From positions 1 through 64,000 of the IMG/VR virus record IMGVR_UViG_3300027819_000009: 64,000 nucleotides of DNA. One strand, written 5' to 3'. Of the stretch, positions 27,573 to 37,863 are shown in pieces. Each line of letters opens with the position of its first letter. Position 1 is the stretch's first letter. The notes beneath the pieces are model-generated. The model worked only from the letters and a program-made list of their open reading frames with translations. It was not told where the DNA came from and searched no databases. Origin of the DNA: a virus (taxonomy: Duplodnaviria; Caudoviricetes). The translations under genes were made by a program, and so were the position numbers.

Positions 27573-28227
27573 TTGTTCTTATATAAAAATCGTTAATATC
27601 CAGCCTCTTGTCCGCAACATATCCTTGCCTATCCATATATTCGTAGTATTCGGGATTGCTTGGGATATTTTCCGCAATAAGCAACTTTGGTTTTAATTTA
27701 TCAAATCTAATGCCCTTAAAAACATCCAATTCAAAACCCTCAACATCAATTATAATAGCATCAATTTCTTTTAAGTCCGGATGGTGTCTTTTTAAAATAG
27801 TATCTAGAGTCAAAGCCTCTACCTTTATAGTTTTTGTGTTCCCGTTTTTAGGAAAGAATTCCCAATCAAACGATTCAGATAAACCGTTTCCTTTTGCTGT
27901 ATATATGTTATATTCGCCAGTTAAGTCTGGCTTAACCACACTCTCTACGCCTTTTATAACAAGCATAGATGCAGATATTCCATTCGGGGTAACCATAAAA
28001 TCTGTATCACCGGCATCTGAACTATAACAGGCGTATCTTAGAATTGGGTAATTCAGGGCTTTGTATTCGGCACAAAAAACAGGGTTAGGCTCTATTGAAA
28101 TTATATCCCATCCTTTTTCTCTTAGGCCAAATATAGGATTGCCGAGTTTAGGAAAGCCTGCGCCTATTTCAATTATAGTTCCTTTGTATCCTTCAGGAAA
28201 GTATTTAAGTATCTCTTCAGTCAGCAT
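27562..28227 (-). CDS. FkbM-family methyltransferase
   Basis: IIEIGAG...SIEPNP...TLDTIL...IDVEGFELDVFKG. Confidence 0.85.
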   Translation of the reverse strand: MLTEEILKYFPEGYKGTIIEIGAGFPKLGNPIFGLREKGWDIISIEPNPVFCAEYKALNYPILRYACYSSDAGDTDFMVTPNGISASMLVIKGVESVVKPDLTGEYNIYTAKGNGLSESFDWEFFPKNGNTKTIKVEALTLDTILKRHHPDLKEIDAIIIDVEGFELDVFKGIRFDKLKPKLLIAENIPSNPEYYEYMDRQGYVADKRLDINDFYIRTNGN

Positions 28228-29167
28228 TTTTTAGTTTTTCTATTTTTTCATTCATTAAACTATTTGTTGGATAGGACTCCTTTGTTGTTCCGTTCCATAA
28301 GTTCCGGCTAAGAATTTCAAGAGAAGGCGCTTTGTTTGCCTTTGCTAGATTTACCATCTCCTCAATAAGTTCATCCGAATAATCCTCGTTTATCTTGTTT
28401 AAATAATAAGAGTACATCTTAGGCATTTGGTTAAGCACTGTTAATGCTTCCCTGTGGCTCCCGAAATGGAAAACACAATCTTCTATGAGTCTACCAAACG
28501 AGGGTTCAATATAACCAGTTATGGCGAGGCCTAGCTTGTCAGCGACTCTATGTTTATCTTGCCAATGAAAAGCCACCACGTCGTCGTCTGACCCCCTTGA
28601 TTGATAATCTTCGGATGCCCAAGTTGCCCAATCAGAAGATGCCCATTCCATTCCTGAATCTTTACGATTATGAAACCTACAAAACCCCGGAATCATCGCA
28701 AGCTCTCTGTAAATATGCGTAGGAGCCACGTTGTAACATTGGGCCATTGCAAAGAATTTATCCGGAGGGTATATTGAAGCCTTGCCATCTGCTATAAATT
28801 GTAATTGCCCTACGAAAGCCAACTTGCTCTCTTCAATTAAAGTTATCGGCATCATGATCCAATTTTTAGAGACAGGCAGGACATCAGTGTGAATTTGAAC
28901 TATATATTCATATTTACTCAAATCTTCGTTTCTAAATAAATAGTCCAGCCCATACCCCGAATAAAGCGGTTTTGTTCCTATAATTGTAACATCGTTTTCA
29001 TAAATATAATCTTCAAATAGTTTAACATAAGTCGACTCACAACTTTGATCAATTATAAAAATATGTTGGTTTATTTTCTCGTGCTTATACTTTCTGATTT
29101 GACGAATAGATGCCCTCAAAAACTGGAGCGATTCGAAATGTGATATTACTATAGCGACTGATTTCAT
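28217..29167 (-). CDS. GT-A-like glycosyltransferase
   Basis: AIVISHF...IIDQS...HTDV. Confidence 0.6.
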   Translation of the reverse strand: MKSVAIVISHFESLQFLRASIRQIRKYKHEKINQHIFIIDQSCESTYVKLFEDYIYENDVTIIGTKPLYSGYGLDYLFRNEDLSKYEYIVQIHTDVLPVSKNWIMMPITLIEESKLAFVGQLQFIADGKASIYPPDKFFAMAQCYNVAPTHIYRELAMIPGFCRFHNRKDSGMEWASSDWATWASEDYQSRGSDDDVVAFHWQDKHRVADKLGLAITGYIEPSFGRLIEDCVFHFGSHREALTVLNQMPKMYSYYLNKINEDYSDELIEEMVNLAKANKAPSLEILSRNLWNGTTKESYPTNSLMNEKIEKLKNAD

Positions 29168-29180
29168 AATTTATTTTTAG

Positions 29181-29289
29181 TGCAAAAGGATGGATTCGAA
29201 CCACCGACTTGGGCCAAATAAGGCATGGCTATTATTTCCCCATCTCCTTTTTCTCAATGCCGACCGCTCTACCGCTGAGCTACTTTTGC
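29181..29289 (-). tRNA. tRNA-like gene with about 36 extra nt in the anticodon/variable region (intron-containing or pseudo)
   Basis: Acceptor GCAAAAG/CTTTTGC-A, D-arm GCTC-AGCGGTA-GAGC and T-arm GGTGG-TTCGAAT-CCATC are intact; 109 nt in total. Confidence 0.7.
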
Positions 29290-29292
29290 GTT

Positions 29293-30234
29293 TTATATTG
29301 TTTTCCATACCTTATCCTTTGAAATTTCACTGTAAACTTGTCTTATCCCGTCCTGTAAGTCAATCTTATGCCGCCATCCAAGACTATGCAGTTTACTTAC
29401 ATCAAGCATTTTACTTAAATTCCCATCCGGCATATTTGAATTGAATTTTATCTCCCCATTGTACCCAACAATCCCCTTAATTGTATAAGCCAAATCATTA
29501 ATACTAATCTCCTCCTGTGGCCCTACATTTATAGGCTCTCTGTCGCTGTAGTTTTCCATAAGGAACAAACAGGCATCAGCCAAATCATCCGAGTGCATAA
29601 ATTCTCTCTTACTTAAGCCAGATCCCCACACTTCAACAAACTCGCTGTTTTTCTCTTTAGCCGTATGAAACTTAGAAAGTAACGCCGGCATTACGTGGCT
29701 TGTTTCGAGATTATAATTATCTCCACTTCCATACATATTTACAGGTAAAGCCGTTATAAAATTACATCCGTATTGATCCCTATAAGCCTGGCACATCTTT
29801 ATTCCGGCAATTTTAGCAATCGCATAAAACTCTGTGGTTGGCTCCAGTTTTCCAGCAAGCAGATATTCCTCCTTAATCGGCAAAGTACAAAGTTTAGGAT
29901 ACAAACAATTACTCCCTAAAAACAATAACTTCTTAACTTTATTTACATAACTCGCATGTATTACATTGCATTGCATAGCTAAGTTGTCGTATATGAAATC
30001 TGCTCTGTAGGTATTATTAGCATGAACGCCTCCTACTTTAGCCGCAGCCATAATTACATATTCCGGCTGTTCTTTTTTAAAGAAAGAGTCCACAGCCTCC
30101 TGGCAACGCAAATCTAAGTACTTAGACTGTGCTGTAATTATACCTGTATAGCCATCCTCTATTAGTCTGCGGAGGATTGCGGAGCCGACTAAACCGGTAT
30201 GGCCAGATAAAAATATGCGTGAGTTCTTGTTCAT
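29293..30234 (-). CDS. fcl: GDP-L-fucose synthase
   Basis: GHTGLVGSA, AAAKVGG, FLGSNCLYP, YAIAKIAG, REFMHSDDLADA. Confidence 0.95.
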   Translation of the reverse strand: MNKNSRIFLSGHTGLVGSAILRRLIEDGYTGIITAQSKYLDLRCQEAVDSFFKKEQPEYVIMAAAKVGGVHANNTYRADFIYDNLAMQCNVIHASYVNKVKKLLFLGSNCLYPKLCTLPIKEEYLLAGKLEPTTEFYAIAKIAGIKMCQAYRDQYGCNFITALPVNMYGSGDNYNLETSHVMPALLSKFHTAKEKNSEFVEVWGSGLSKREFMHSDDLADACLFLMENYSDREPINVGPQEEISINDLAYTIKGIVGYNGEIKFNSNMPDGNLSKMLDVSKLHSLGWRHKIDLQDGIRQVYSEISKDKVWKTI

Positions 30235-30908
30235 TAGTTTTTTATAAAGTGTAAAAGCCCGAAAGTGTAAAAAACATCTTTTACGGGGCTACAGAATTCT
30301 GGCGTAATCACCCACTCGCTAGTTGTCCAGTCTATTTCTGAAGTTAATCGCAATCCTACTTTTTCCATTTCAGAAACTAATCTCTCAACATCTTCTCGGC
30401 ACAAAATATTCCAGTCAAGTGAAAACAACTTCATTCCTTCTGTTTTCATTTTTGGTTCTGCGTAATCAAAGCTACAAAAGAGATCCCCACCTGATTGTAA
30501 AATACGACTTGCTTCTTTTGCAAATGCAGTGTAGTTTATCTCATGTTCCAAAACCGACAAACAGCAGGCCTGACCGAACTCTCCGTCTGCAAATGGAGTC
30601 TGTGTAAGTGGCCCAACAAAGTATTCAGCATCTCCAATTCTATCATGATCTGCCACTGGAACTAAATCTATTCCTACTCTGCGAGATTTAAATCCCAATA
30701 CGGAATGGTTGTGCAGAATAAAACTTCCGGCGGCTCCCATATCTATCAGAGGAGTATCTTTTAAATATGGCACAATATTTCTGATGTCAAAATTTTTGCA
30801 ACTTAAGCCGTGTAATTTAAGACTCGCACGAGTTAAATCCTCAGTGCATTGATTCACTTCCTCCCTACTTTGGAGGAACTTGTTTAATGGTAGTTTTGTT
30901 AATTGCAT
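30234..30908 (-). CDS. Class I SAM-dependent methyltransferase
   Basis: IDMGAAG...GIDL...CLSVLEH...RILQSGG. Confidence 0.75.
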   Translation of the reverse strand: MQLTKLPLNKFLQSREEVNQCTEDLTRASLKLHGLSCKNFDIRNIVPYLKDTPLIDMGAAGSFILHNHSVLGFKSRRVGIDLVPVADHDRIGDAEYFVGPLTQTPFADGEFGQACCLSVLEHEINYTAFAKEASRILQSGGDLFCSFDYAEPKMKTEGMKLFSLDWNILCREDVERLVSEMEKVGLRLTSEIDWTTSEWVITPEFCSPVKDVFYTFGLLHFIKN

Positions 30909-30909
30909 A

Positions 30910-31176
30910 TTATAGTTTTAAATTATCTGCCGTTGGTTCGATTTTTGTTCCAGTAGACGAGTCCTTACTTGATGGATAAGGATTTGCCTCACCCAGTCGT
31001 TTTAAGTCCATCCCAAGCCACATTACGCCTTCCTGTAGCTTTGTAATCGATAATGATTTCTCACGAGAAGTTGGTTGGTTTTTAATCCTTTGAATAATAT
31101 CGTCCGTATCCTTGCGTAACTGTTTAATACTTACAACTTCTTGTTCGTATGCTGTTATTTCTTTTTGCTCTTCCAT
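30910..31176 (-). CDS. Acb2/Tad1-like helical hairpin protein (candidate nucleotide-signal sponge)
   Basis: SREKSLSITKLQEGVMWL resembles Tad1 SRENACALTHVEEALMW. Confidence 0.5.
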   Translation of the reverse strand: MEEQKEITAYEQEVVSIKQLRKDTDDIIQRIKNQPTSREKSLSITKLQEGVMWLGMDLKRLGEANPYPSSKDSSTGTKIEPTADNLKL

Positions 31177-31186
31177 GTTTTTATTT

Positions 31187-31684
31187 TTAAATTGTGTTTA
31201 TTTCTTTTTCAATATAGCCTTTAGTTCTTAAAATTACATAACAACTATTCCATATTCTATCTTCCAATTTAGTTTTATTTTTTATTGTTTCAAATTGATG
31301 GTAATTGCCATCTTCTAATTCTTTCAATATTATAATAAAATTATGAACAGCAAAACCTTTATGTTTTTTATAACCATAATCAAGAAACGAAAGCCCGTCT
31401 TGTGTTATTTTAATTGGCGGATGTTTTTTCATGGTGTTTTATTTTTTTCCTAAAATTACCTCTTTAATTAATGCCTTGCCAAACGTTTTAGGGATAATAC
31501 CATTCATTTTATTCATTATTTTTAATAAATCAACTTGATTTTTCCCATGTGCTATTAGTGTTTTGTGGAAATCTTTAGTTTTTTTATGGCAATCATCAAT
31601 GTACTTAGTAAATATTTCTCTTTTTTTAGTTGGTAGTTTCACTAACTTTTTGCCAACCATTTGTTTGTTAAAATCTGTTCTCAT
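31187..31684 (-). CDS. Two small hypothetical ORFs (31187-31432, 31439-31684)
   Basis: Same-strand ORFs in the cluster. Confidence 0.5.
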
Positions 31685-31696
31685 ATTATATAGGTT

Positions 31697-32782
31697 TTAA
31701 ATTGTTTCTAATACTTCGCTAAGTTTTTGGTAAAATTCGGTATCTGCCACTTCTTTTGATTTTCCGTCCGTCGTCACTAATTCTATTGGCCCGTTTGCTA
31801 TTCCTACAGTGGAGCATTTTTTACTTCCGCAGTATTGGAGCTTTTTTACAGGCTTTAATCCCCAAGCCGAAGTCGCACAAGATACCCCCGACGACATACA
31901 AACCATAAGGTCGCAGTAATTTATTAGCAGACCAGCTTGTCGTACAGTAAAATGAGCAGCAGATACAACTCCTTCTTCATCTATAAACATATCGTGAGGC
32001 AAGCCCTCGTTATTGGGGCCTCCTTTGTGCTTATGTGATGCGAAAATAAAGTTTGTTGGGCCAAGTTTCTCTCTGCAAATAGCCATTATCTTCTTTGTGG
32101 TAAACTCATCCCAATAGCACGATTGTCCAGAACCACAAAACGTTTCCATTAGGATTGTTTTTCTGAATGGTATTTCCGGTAACTTCATTACAAAGTCATG
32201 TATTTGTTTCTCTTCTTCTGCACTCCAGTTTAATACAGGCTTCCACTCCCACTCTTTAGGAACTCCAAAAATCATCTTACTACAATCAGTGTAATCGATT
32301 CCGTCTTGTTTTTCAGAAGGAATCATGTGAGGGGCTGGAAAAAAACCATTTTGAAGGTCTTTAGTATCTTCGAAGTCTTTTGCAATATCTAATTTTAATT
32401 GGTTTTCTGAATTACAAAGGAACTTATCATAGTCGGGGCATCCGACTGGCAAATGATTTCCAGACCAAGGCCATCTTCTTACTTCTGAAACATTGCTGTA
32501 CTTAAGCGCATCGGCGTTTGGGAAATTTGCGAACCAAATTATCTCCTTATTTGGAAATAAAACATCTATGTATTTTAAAACCGAAGTCGCAGTTATTAAA
32601 TCTCCTGCCTGCCCGAAAAGAAAGCATCCAATCTTGCCAGTCTTTTCTCCTGTCGAAGGAGTAAGTGTTTGGTTGAGTTCTTTTATTAGTTCATCGTTCA
32701 TTATTCCGTATTTTTCAGTTTCTTTTATTGTCCAACTTCTATTTAATTTATTTTGACCAATTAAAAAATCAATTATTCGCAT
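31697..32782 (-). CDS. GT9-like (GT-B) glycosyltransferase
   Basis: GQAGDLIT...LFPNKEI; LINYCDLMVCMSSG. Confidence 0.7.
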   Translation of the reverse strand: MRIIDFLIGQNKLNRSWTIKETEKYGIMNDELIKELNQTLTPSTGEKTGKIGCFLFGQAGDLITATSVLKYIDVLFPNKEIIWFANFPNADALKYSNVSEVRRWPWSGNHLPVGCPDYDKFLCNSENQLKLDIAKDFEDTKDLQNGFFPAPHMIPSEKQDGIDYTDCSKMIFGVPKEWEWKPVLNWSAEEEKQIHDFVMKLPEIPFRKTILMETFCGSGQSCYWDEFTTKKIMAICREKLGPTNFIFASHKHKGGPNNEGLPHDMFIDEEGVVSAAHFTVRQAGLLINYCDLMVCMSSGVSCATSAWGLKPVKKLQYCGSKKCSTVGIANGPIELVTTDGKSKEVADTEFYQKLSEVLETI

Positions 32783-32788
32783 GGGTTT

Positions 32789-33688
32789 TTAAATTGTAAT
32801 TTTCATTTGTGTCTGAATTATCTTGCCATTCTTTTTATTATTATCCACAGACCAAAGTGGTTGTAAATTTGTATAGTGGCAAAGCAAAGTAAGCCCTTCG
32901 ATTGTCTTTGCAGAAGATAATGGTATTGCGTGGTCTATCTCCCAATAAGTTAACCCGCTTTTTTTACCGTAATTACCCCATGACATTCCTGGTAAAAATA
33001 GCCTTTCTAAATGTTTCTTAACTGTTTCATAATCTACACCAAGCATTTCTTCTGTTTTTGAATCTTTAGTGTATCCGCCCCTATCAAAAACCTTAGATGT
33101 TCTTGATCTTAAGTTAAGAGTCATTCTGTACAGTGGATTTTCCTCTCTTTTTTTAACTTCAAATGCATTTCTTTTAGGCTTCCTTCTTTCTCTTTGTCTC
33201 TTACTCTGTTCTTTTACGCATGGATTGTTCTTGTTTTTATGATATCTTTCATTGTCCTGTTTTCTGTATTTTTCAGGATTTTGTTTTCGCTTTTGTTTTG
33301 CTATTTCATTAAGCTCTTTCGCTTTGTCTGGATTTTCTAAGTTATACTGCCTTCTTTTAGCATTTCTAATATCTTTTGTTTTATCTCGTCTTATTTTTGA
33401 ATTAGCCCTGTATTCTGGTGTTTTCCTTTTAGATGATACTTTTTCTTTATTTTTATGCTCCCAATCTCTTTGAGATTTTCTCCTTTTAGACCTATTGTTT
33501 TTGCCCCACTCATAACTCCTTCTTTTTGCTTTTTCTGGATCTTTTAAATAGTGCTTTTTTGCTATGTTAGCAACGCACTCCTTACAGTCTTTACGTCTCT
33601 TTATTGTTCCTGATTTGTCTTTTTTATCTCTTCTTTCGTAAAACTCCGATTCTTCTTTTGGAACTTTACACTTGCTACAAGTTTTCAT
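32789..33688 (-). CDS. HNH-like homing endonuclease (likely start 33688)
   Basis: KTCSKCK...; WEIDHAIPLS...HYTNLQPLWS.DN. Confidence 0.8.
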   Translation of the reverse strand: MKTCSKCKVPKEESEFYERRDKKDKSGTIKRRKDCKECVANIAKKHYLKDPEKAKRRSYEWGKNNRSKRRKSQRDWEHKNKEKVSSKRKTPEYRANSKIRRDKTKDIRNAKRRQYNLENPDKAKELNEIAKQKRKQNPEKYRKQDNERYHKNKNNPCVKEQSKRQRERRKPKRNAFEVKKREENPLYRMTLNLRSRTSKVFDRGGYTKDSKTEEMLGVDYETVKKHLERLFLPGMSWGNYGKKSGLTYWEIDHAIPLSSAKTIEGLTLLCHYTNLQPLWSVDNNKKNGKIIQTQMKITI

Positions 33689-33822
33689 TTTGATTAAAAT
33701 AATGTTGCTCCCTACGCCAACGTGCTTTAACTCCAACCCAGAGGAAGGAATATCGTTAGTTTCAGGAGCAAGTTTATTTTTTTGTGAATTCATGGATTGA
33801 AGTTAAAGCGATATAAATATAC

Positions 33823-34461
33823 TTACTTTCTTTTGAAAATCCAAAGACCGCAGTGAATAAACATAGCAGATATCATTCGGCTAAATTCAGGAACGGCAGG
33901 CTCCGTAGATGGGTGGTCAATACAAAAGTTTTGTTCACCGCACATACCCCTGCCGGCTACGTTTATATGATAAGGTAAATCAGCAAAGAAATTATAAGCC
34001 TTAGTTCTTCCGTTAGGCTCAAATGCTCCACTATAGTGCTCAGAAAAAATACAGTGTGTGTCTTCCAGCATATACAGAGATCCAGATTTCATTTTAGGAA
34101 ATACATATTTAAATGTGTCGATCATATCTTGCCCAACGTGACTTCCATCTTCGATAAGGATATCCGGAACTCCTATTTCGGAAAATAATTTATCTAAGAA
34201 GGCGTGGTCTGTTTGTGATCCAATATGTACATTCGGAACATATCCGGCGCAATCTGGATTAATATCAATTCCATGCAGGTTTGCCTTGGGGAATCCTTCT
34301 TTCCACATTTTCATTGATGACCCGCCGGCTACCCCCACCTCTAAAAGATTAAACTCTTTATCTCTTAGGTGTCCAAGATAATGTTCGTAGGTGTCCATGT
34401 AAAAATGTGTGGTAGCTTTGTCTGTGGTGTGTCGCAATCCAATCTGTTGTAGTGTTTCCAT
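33823..34461 (-). CDS. Sugar O-methyltransferase-like protein
   Basis: LLEVGVAGGSS...GIDI...IEDGSH...YMLEDTH. Confidence 0.8.
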   Translation of the reverse strand: METLQQIGLRHTTDKATTHFYMDTYEHYLGHLRDKEFNLLEVGVAGGSSMKMWKEGFPKANLHGIDINPDCAGYVPNVHIGSQTDHAFLDKLFSEIGVPDILIEDGSHVGQDMIDTFKYVFPKMKSGSLYMLEDTHCIFSEHYSGAFEPNGRTKAYNFFADLPYHINVAGRGMCGEQNFCIDHPSTEPAVPEFSRMISAMFIHCGLWIFKRK

Positions 34462-34464
34462 AAT

Positions 34465-35697
34465 TTATAAATCGTTTTTAGTTATTATTTTAAACTCAGG
34501 CATAATGCAGATAAATTTAGTTCCAGACTCCAATAGTTCCCTCTCCCGTTCCATAAACTCAGATAAGAAATGGGCAGGGCCTAAAATAAGAAAATCCGGC
34601 TTTTCTAAACGCATCTGCTCTTCGGAGATTATATTTATATTACTCCCAACAGTCCTTCTTCCGTATTTAGCTGGAGAACGCTCTGCTATAGATGTTATAA
34701 GAGAAGAATCTAACCCGAAGTATTGAAGAACTGTGTTAAATTTGGTACTCGCCCCGTATCCGTAAATCTTCTTCCCTTTACTTACTTCTTCTTTAATGAA
34801 ATCAACAGTCTTTTTCTTTAGCTCTTCGATTGCGTAAAAAAAGCATTTCCATGTTGTCTCTTGGTCTAAGCCTAATGTTTTCTCGTAAGCCAATAAAGAT
34901 TCTATTCGGAAGTTGCAGACGTCCCTATGGGTGGCTGTTCCAAACTTATTTATATCGGCATCTTTTTTCATTGCGAAAACTCTAAATGAACCGGCGTTGG
35001 TATTATTTAAAGAAACATCCATGATGCGAAAATTGTGTTTTTCCAATAATGCTTTCAGGTTAAAGAAGGAGTAATATCGAGCGTGTTCGTGGCACACGTT
35101 TCCTATTTCTAACTGCTTTATCATAAGCGGAGAGTGGCTCATTTGTAAAACAAAAAGTCCATCAGGATTCATTATTTCATGAACGTCATTTAAAAACTTT
35201 TCAGGAGAGGCGAGGTCATAAAACATAGAAATGCAACTTACTATATCTGTTTTAATTTTAGTTGTATTAAAATACTCCTGCGAACTAAAATACTTATGGA
35301 TAACTTCATTGCAATTTTCGTCCGCCTCCTTAAAATAGTCTGGATTTTCACAAACAGGATCTATATTTATTCTCCAAAAATCATCAGGAACTTGCGACAG
35401 CATATAGCCCGTATTTCCTGCAATATCTACCCAATACGGAGCGATTGGCGCTTTAAATACCGATAAAACCTCCCGAACAACATCTTTTAACTGTTCCTTC
35501 ATGACGCCGGAAATTGAGCTAGAGTACCAGTACCTTTTGCCCCATAAAACATTAGCCGGCGCCATTTCACTTAGCTTTACAATACCATCATCGTCGAGTA
35601 TAAGTTTTAATTCCACTGGCTCACAAAGCGGCTGTTCTTCCGGTAAGAGAAAATCTGAGGGATAAAGTTTGCCTAGGCTAAATAATTCTTTGCTCAT
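34465..35697 (-). CDS. NDP-hexose C-methyltransferase-like protein
   Basis: YWYSSS, VDIAGNTG, NVCHEHARYYS, YGYGASTK. Confidence 0.85.
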   Translation of the reverse strand: MSKELFSLGKLYPSDFLLPEEQPLCEPVELKLILDDDGIVKLSEMAPANVLWGKRYWYSSSISGVMKEQLKDVVREVLSVFKAPIAPYWVDIAGNTGYMLSQVPDDFWRINIDPVCENPDYFKEADENCNEVIHKYFSSQEYFNTTKIKTDIVSCISMFYDLASPEKFLNDVHEIMNPDGLFVLQMSHSPLMIKQLEIGNVCHEHARYYSFFNLKALLEKHNFRIMDVSLNNTNAGSFRVFAMKKDADINKFGTATHRDVCNFRIESLLAYEKTLGLDQETTWKCFFYAIEELKKKTVDFIKEEVSKGKKIYGYGASTKFNTVLQYFGLDSSLITSIAERSPAKYGRRTVGSNINIISEEQMRLEKPDFLILGPAHFLSEFMERERELLESGTKFICIMPEFKIITKNDL

Positions 35698-36728
35698 TTT
35701 TTATTTAATTTCTTTAAGTCGTCCATTGTCTTTGACATAATCTCTCCGCCAATTTTAATCATCTCAAATTCAACCATCTGCTTTATTAATTCTAATACCG
35801 TAACCTTCGGCTGCCATTTAAGCTCAAGTTTAATCTTTTTGTTGTTGGCACAAAGGCTCCACATGTCCTTCTTGCGGGTGAATTCCGGCACTTGCTCAAT
35901 GTGTTCCATATAATCGAGCTGTTGGTAAGCAAATGCCTCCCTAACAAAGAATTCTGTGCTAGTTAGTACTCCGCTTCCTATAACATAATCTTCAGGCTTC
36001 TCTGCCGTCATCATTCTGTAAATAGCATCAACCGCATCTTCACAAGCCATCCAATCCCGCATGTGACTAATATCTCCAAGTTTTAACTTGTCTTTCTTTA
36101 CCCCCATTTTTATTTCGGCCACAGCTTTTGCGACCTTACGGGTAAAAAAGCCCTCTCCTCTTCGGCTTGACTCTGTTGGGAATAAAATGCCGGAACAGGC
36201 GAATAAGCCAAATGAATCTCTAAATGCCATCACTATATTGTCGGCATAATTTTTCGAGGCACCATACGCCCACAGAGGTGATCGTGGAGTTGCTTCGTTT
36301 TGAAAGCCAGTCTTGTCCTTTCCGAATACCAGGCAGGATGAAGCCTGGAAATAGCGGATGTTTTTATCTGTAGTAACTATTGTTTCAAGTATTCGCTGTG
36401 GGAACTTGGCATTTAAATCTAAAACAGAATCTATATCTGCCCAAGGCTGGAACGTATTAGTTACGCCGATAAAATTGTAGATGCACTCAGGTCTTAAATT
36501 ATTTATAATCATCGAAAGCTCTAGTGTCTTTGCGATGTCTATTTTGTAGATGGCGATATTTGGAACTAAAGACTTTATCCATTCTATTCTTTCGGGAGAT
36601 GTATTTTTCCGGACAACACCATGTACTTCGTAGCCCTTGGAGTAAAGAAGCTCGGCTAAAAATGAACCCATCTGGCCCAAAACTCCAAGCACCAATGCCG
36701 TCTTTTTTATGTTAGTTTCCTGTTTCAA
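35694..36728 (-). CDS. gmd: GDP-mannose 4,6-dehydratase
   Basis: ALVLGVLGQMGSFLAELL, YFQASS, PLWAYGASK, SSRRGEGFFTRK, RDW. Confidence 0.9.
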   Translation of the reverse strand: MKQETNIKKTALVLGVLGQMGSFLAELLYSKGYEVHGVVRKNTSPERIEWIKSLVPNIAIYKIDIAKTLELSMIINNLRPECIYNFIGVTNTFQPWADIDSVLDLNAKFPQRILETIVTTDKNIRYFQASSCLVFGKDKTGFQNEATPRSPLWAYGASKNYADNIVMAFRDSFGLFACSGILFPTESSRRGEGFFTRKVAKAVAEIKMGVKKDKLKLGDISHMRDWMACEDAVDAIYRMMTAEKPEDYVIGSGVLTSTEFFVREAFAYQQLDYMEHIEQVPEFTRKKDMWSLCANNKKIKLELKWQPKVTVLELIKQMVEFEMIKIGGEIMSKTMDDLKKLNKK

Positions 36729-36990
36729 ATTCTTTTTCGACTAGTTTATAAAGTTCTTGTTTGTTTTTGCTTAATCTATTGTGTATTTTATTTAAAAGCA
36801 CATCTTTTTTATCTGCCCTCTCTTTTACAGCATCCGTTGTTTCTATACTTAAAGGAAGGAATGTTAGATAGATTATATCCAGCAAATTCTCGTCTTCTTT
36901 TATTTCATTAATTAATCTTTTCTTTAATATTAGATTTGGGTCACTCTCCCATACCGATTTAAAAACTTTATCTTTGTTATTTTCGTCCAT
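36712..36990 (-). CDS. Hypothetical protein
   Basis: Coupled ORF. Confidence 0.5.
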   Translation of the reverse strand: MDENNKDKVFKSVWESDPNLILKKRLINEIKEDENLLDIIYLTFLPLSIETTDAVKERADKKDVLLNKIHNRLSKNKQELYKLVEKEFETGN

Positions 36991-37225
36991 AGCTTTTATT
37001 ACTTCCGTATAGTTTCTGTTTCATTCCGTCTGCCAAATCATTTAAAGCCAAATCAATCTCGTCGATTAAGTTATTCCTCTGTACATTAAGAACATTTGTT
37101 TTACGAGTAGCATCGGCCACAACTTTATCTGTAGCTTTTGGATCCCGCTTAATATCCTCGGCCATGTAAATTTTCAAATTACAAATCGAAAGTTGGTCTA
37201 TCATATTTCCAATAGTCATTTTCAT
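36977..37225 (-). CDS. DUF4254-like protein
   Basis: IDQLSICNLKIY...LNVQRNNLIDEID; family often found beside glycan genes. Confidence 0.6.
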   Translation of the reverse strand: MKMTIGNMIDQLSICNLKIYMAEDIKRDPKATDKVVADATRKTNVLNVQRNNLIDEIDLALNDLADGMKQKLYGSNKSYGRK

Positions 37226-37863
37226 GAGTTGTTCTGTTTAGAAACTTTTCCGTTGTGTATTCTATAGTGAAGCAGAAATTCCGGCGCAATCGCAAATTTA
37301 TAATCATTCCCACTATCAAAGCTCCTCCGCCATAGCTTAAAATCATCAAAAGGAATCTCGTCAGGATTTAACTTTGTGCAAGTTGTCCAGAACTTCCGAG
37401 AGTAAGCCAATACAGGATGTGCCAAGATGTTGTGGCCTTTATTTGCCTCCTCTATAAGATTTAAATTAGACATCCACATTTGATCCATTAGCCTTCCTTC
37501 GGAATCTATATTGTAAAAATTAGAGGATATAACGTCGAATCCTGCCCGCATGTACTTCATTTGAACTTCGAGCCGGTTTAATGAAAACCAGTCGTCCACG
37601 TTTACATTACAAACATAATCGAAATCCAATTTAAAAGCCTCGTCTAAAAGGTAGTTGTGGGCCAAGGCGTGATTATCGAGTTCGAAGGTAGAGAAATGGC
37701 TGTCCGGATAAATCTGAGTGTTTGTATTTCCGTAATCAAGCTCAAAAACTTCAAATTCCTTATAAGTCTGCTTTTGGATAGACTCGACGCATTTTTTAAT
37801 CCACTCAGGATTATAGTTCTGGACGTTCTTGTGATAAATTATAAAGCAGACTTTTGGATTCAT
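37222..37863 (-). CDS. GT2 glycosyltransferase
   Basis: CVESIQKQT, NVDDWFS.NRLEVQ, DDFKLW. Confidence 0.8.
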   Translation of the reverse strand: MNPKVCFIIYHKNVQNYNPEWIKKCVESIQKQTYKEFEVFELDYGNTNTQIYPDSHFSTFELDNHALAHNYLLDEAFKLDFDYVCNVNVDDWFSLNRLEVQMKYMRAGFDVISSNFYNIDSEGRLMDQMWMSNLNLIEEANKGHNILAHPVLAYSRKFWTTCTKLNPDEIPFDDFKLWRRSFDSGNDYKFAIAPEFLLHYRIHNGKVSKQNNS

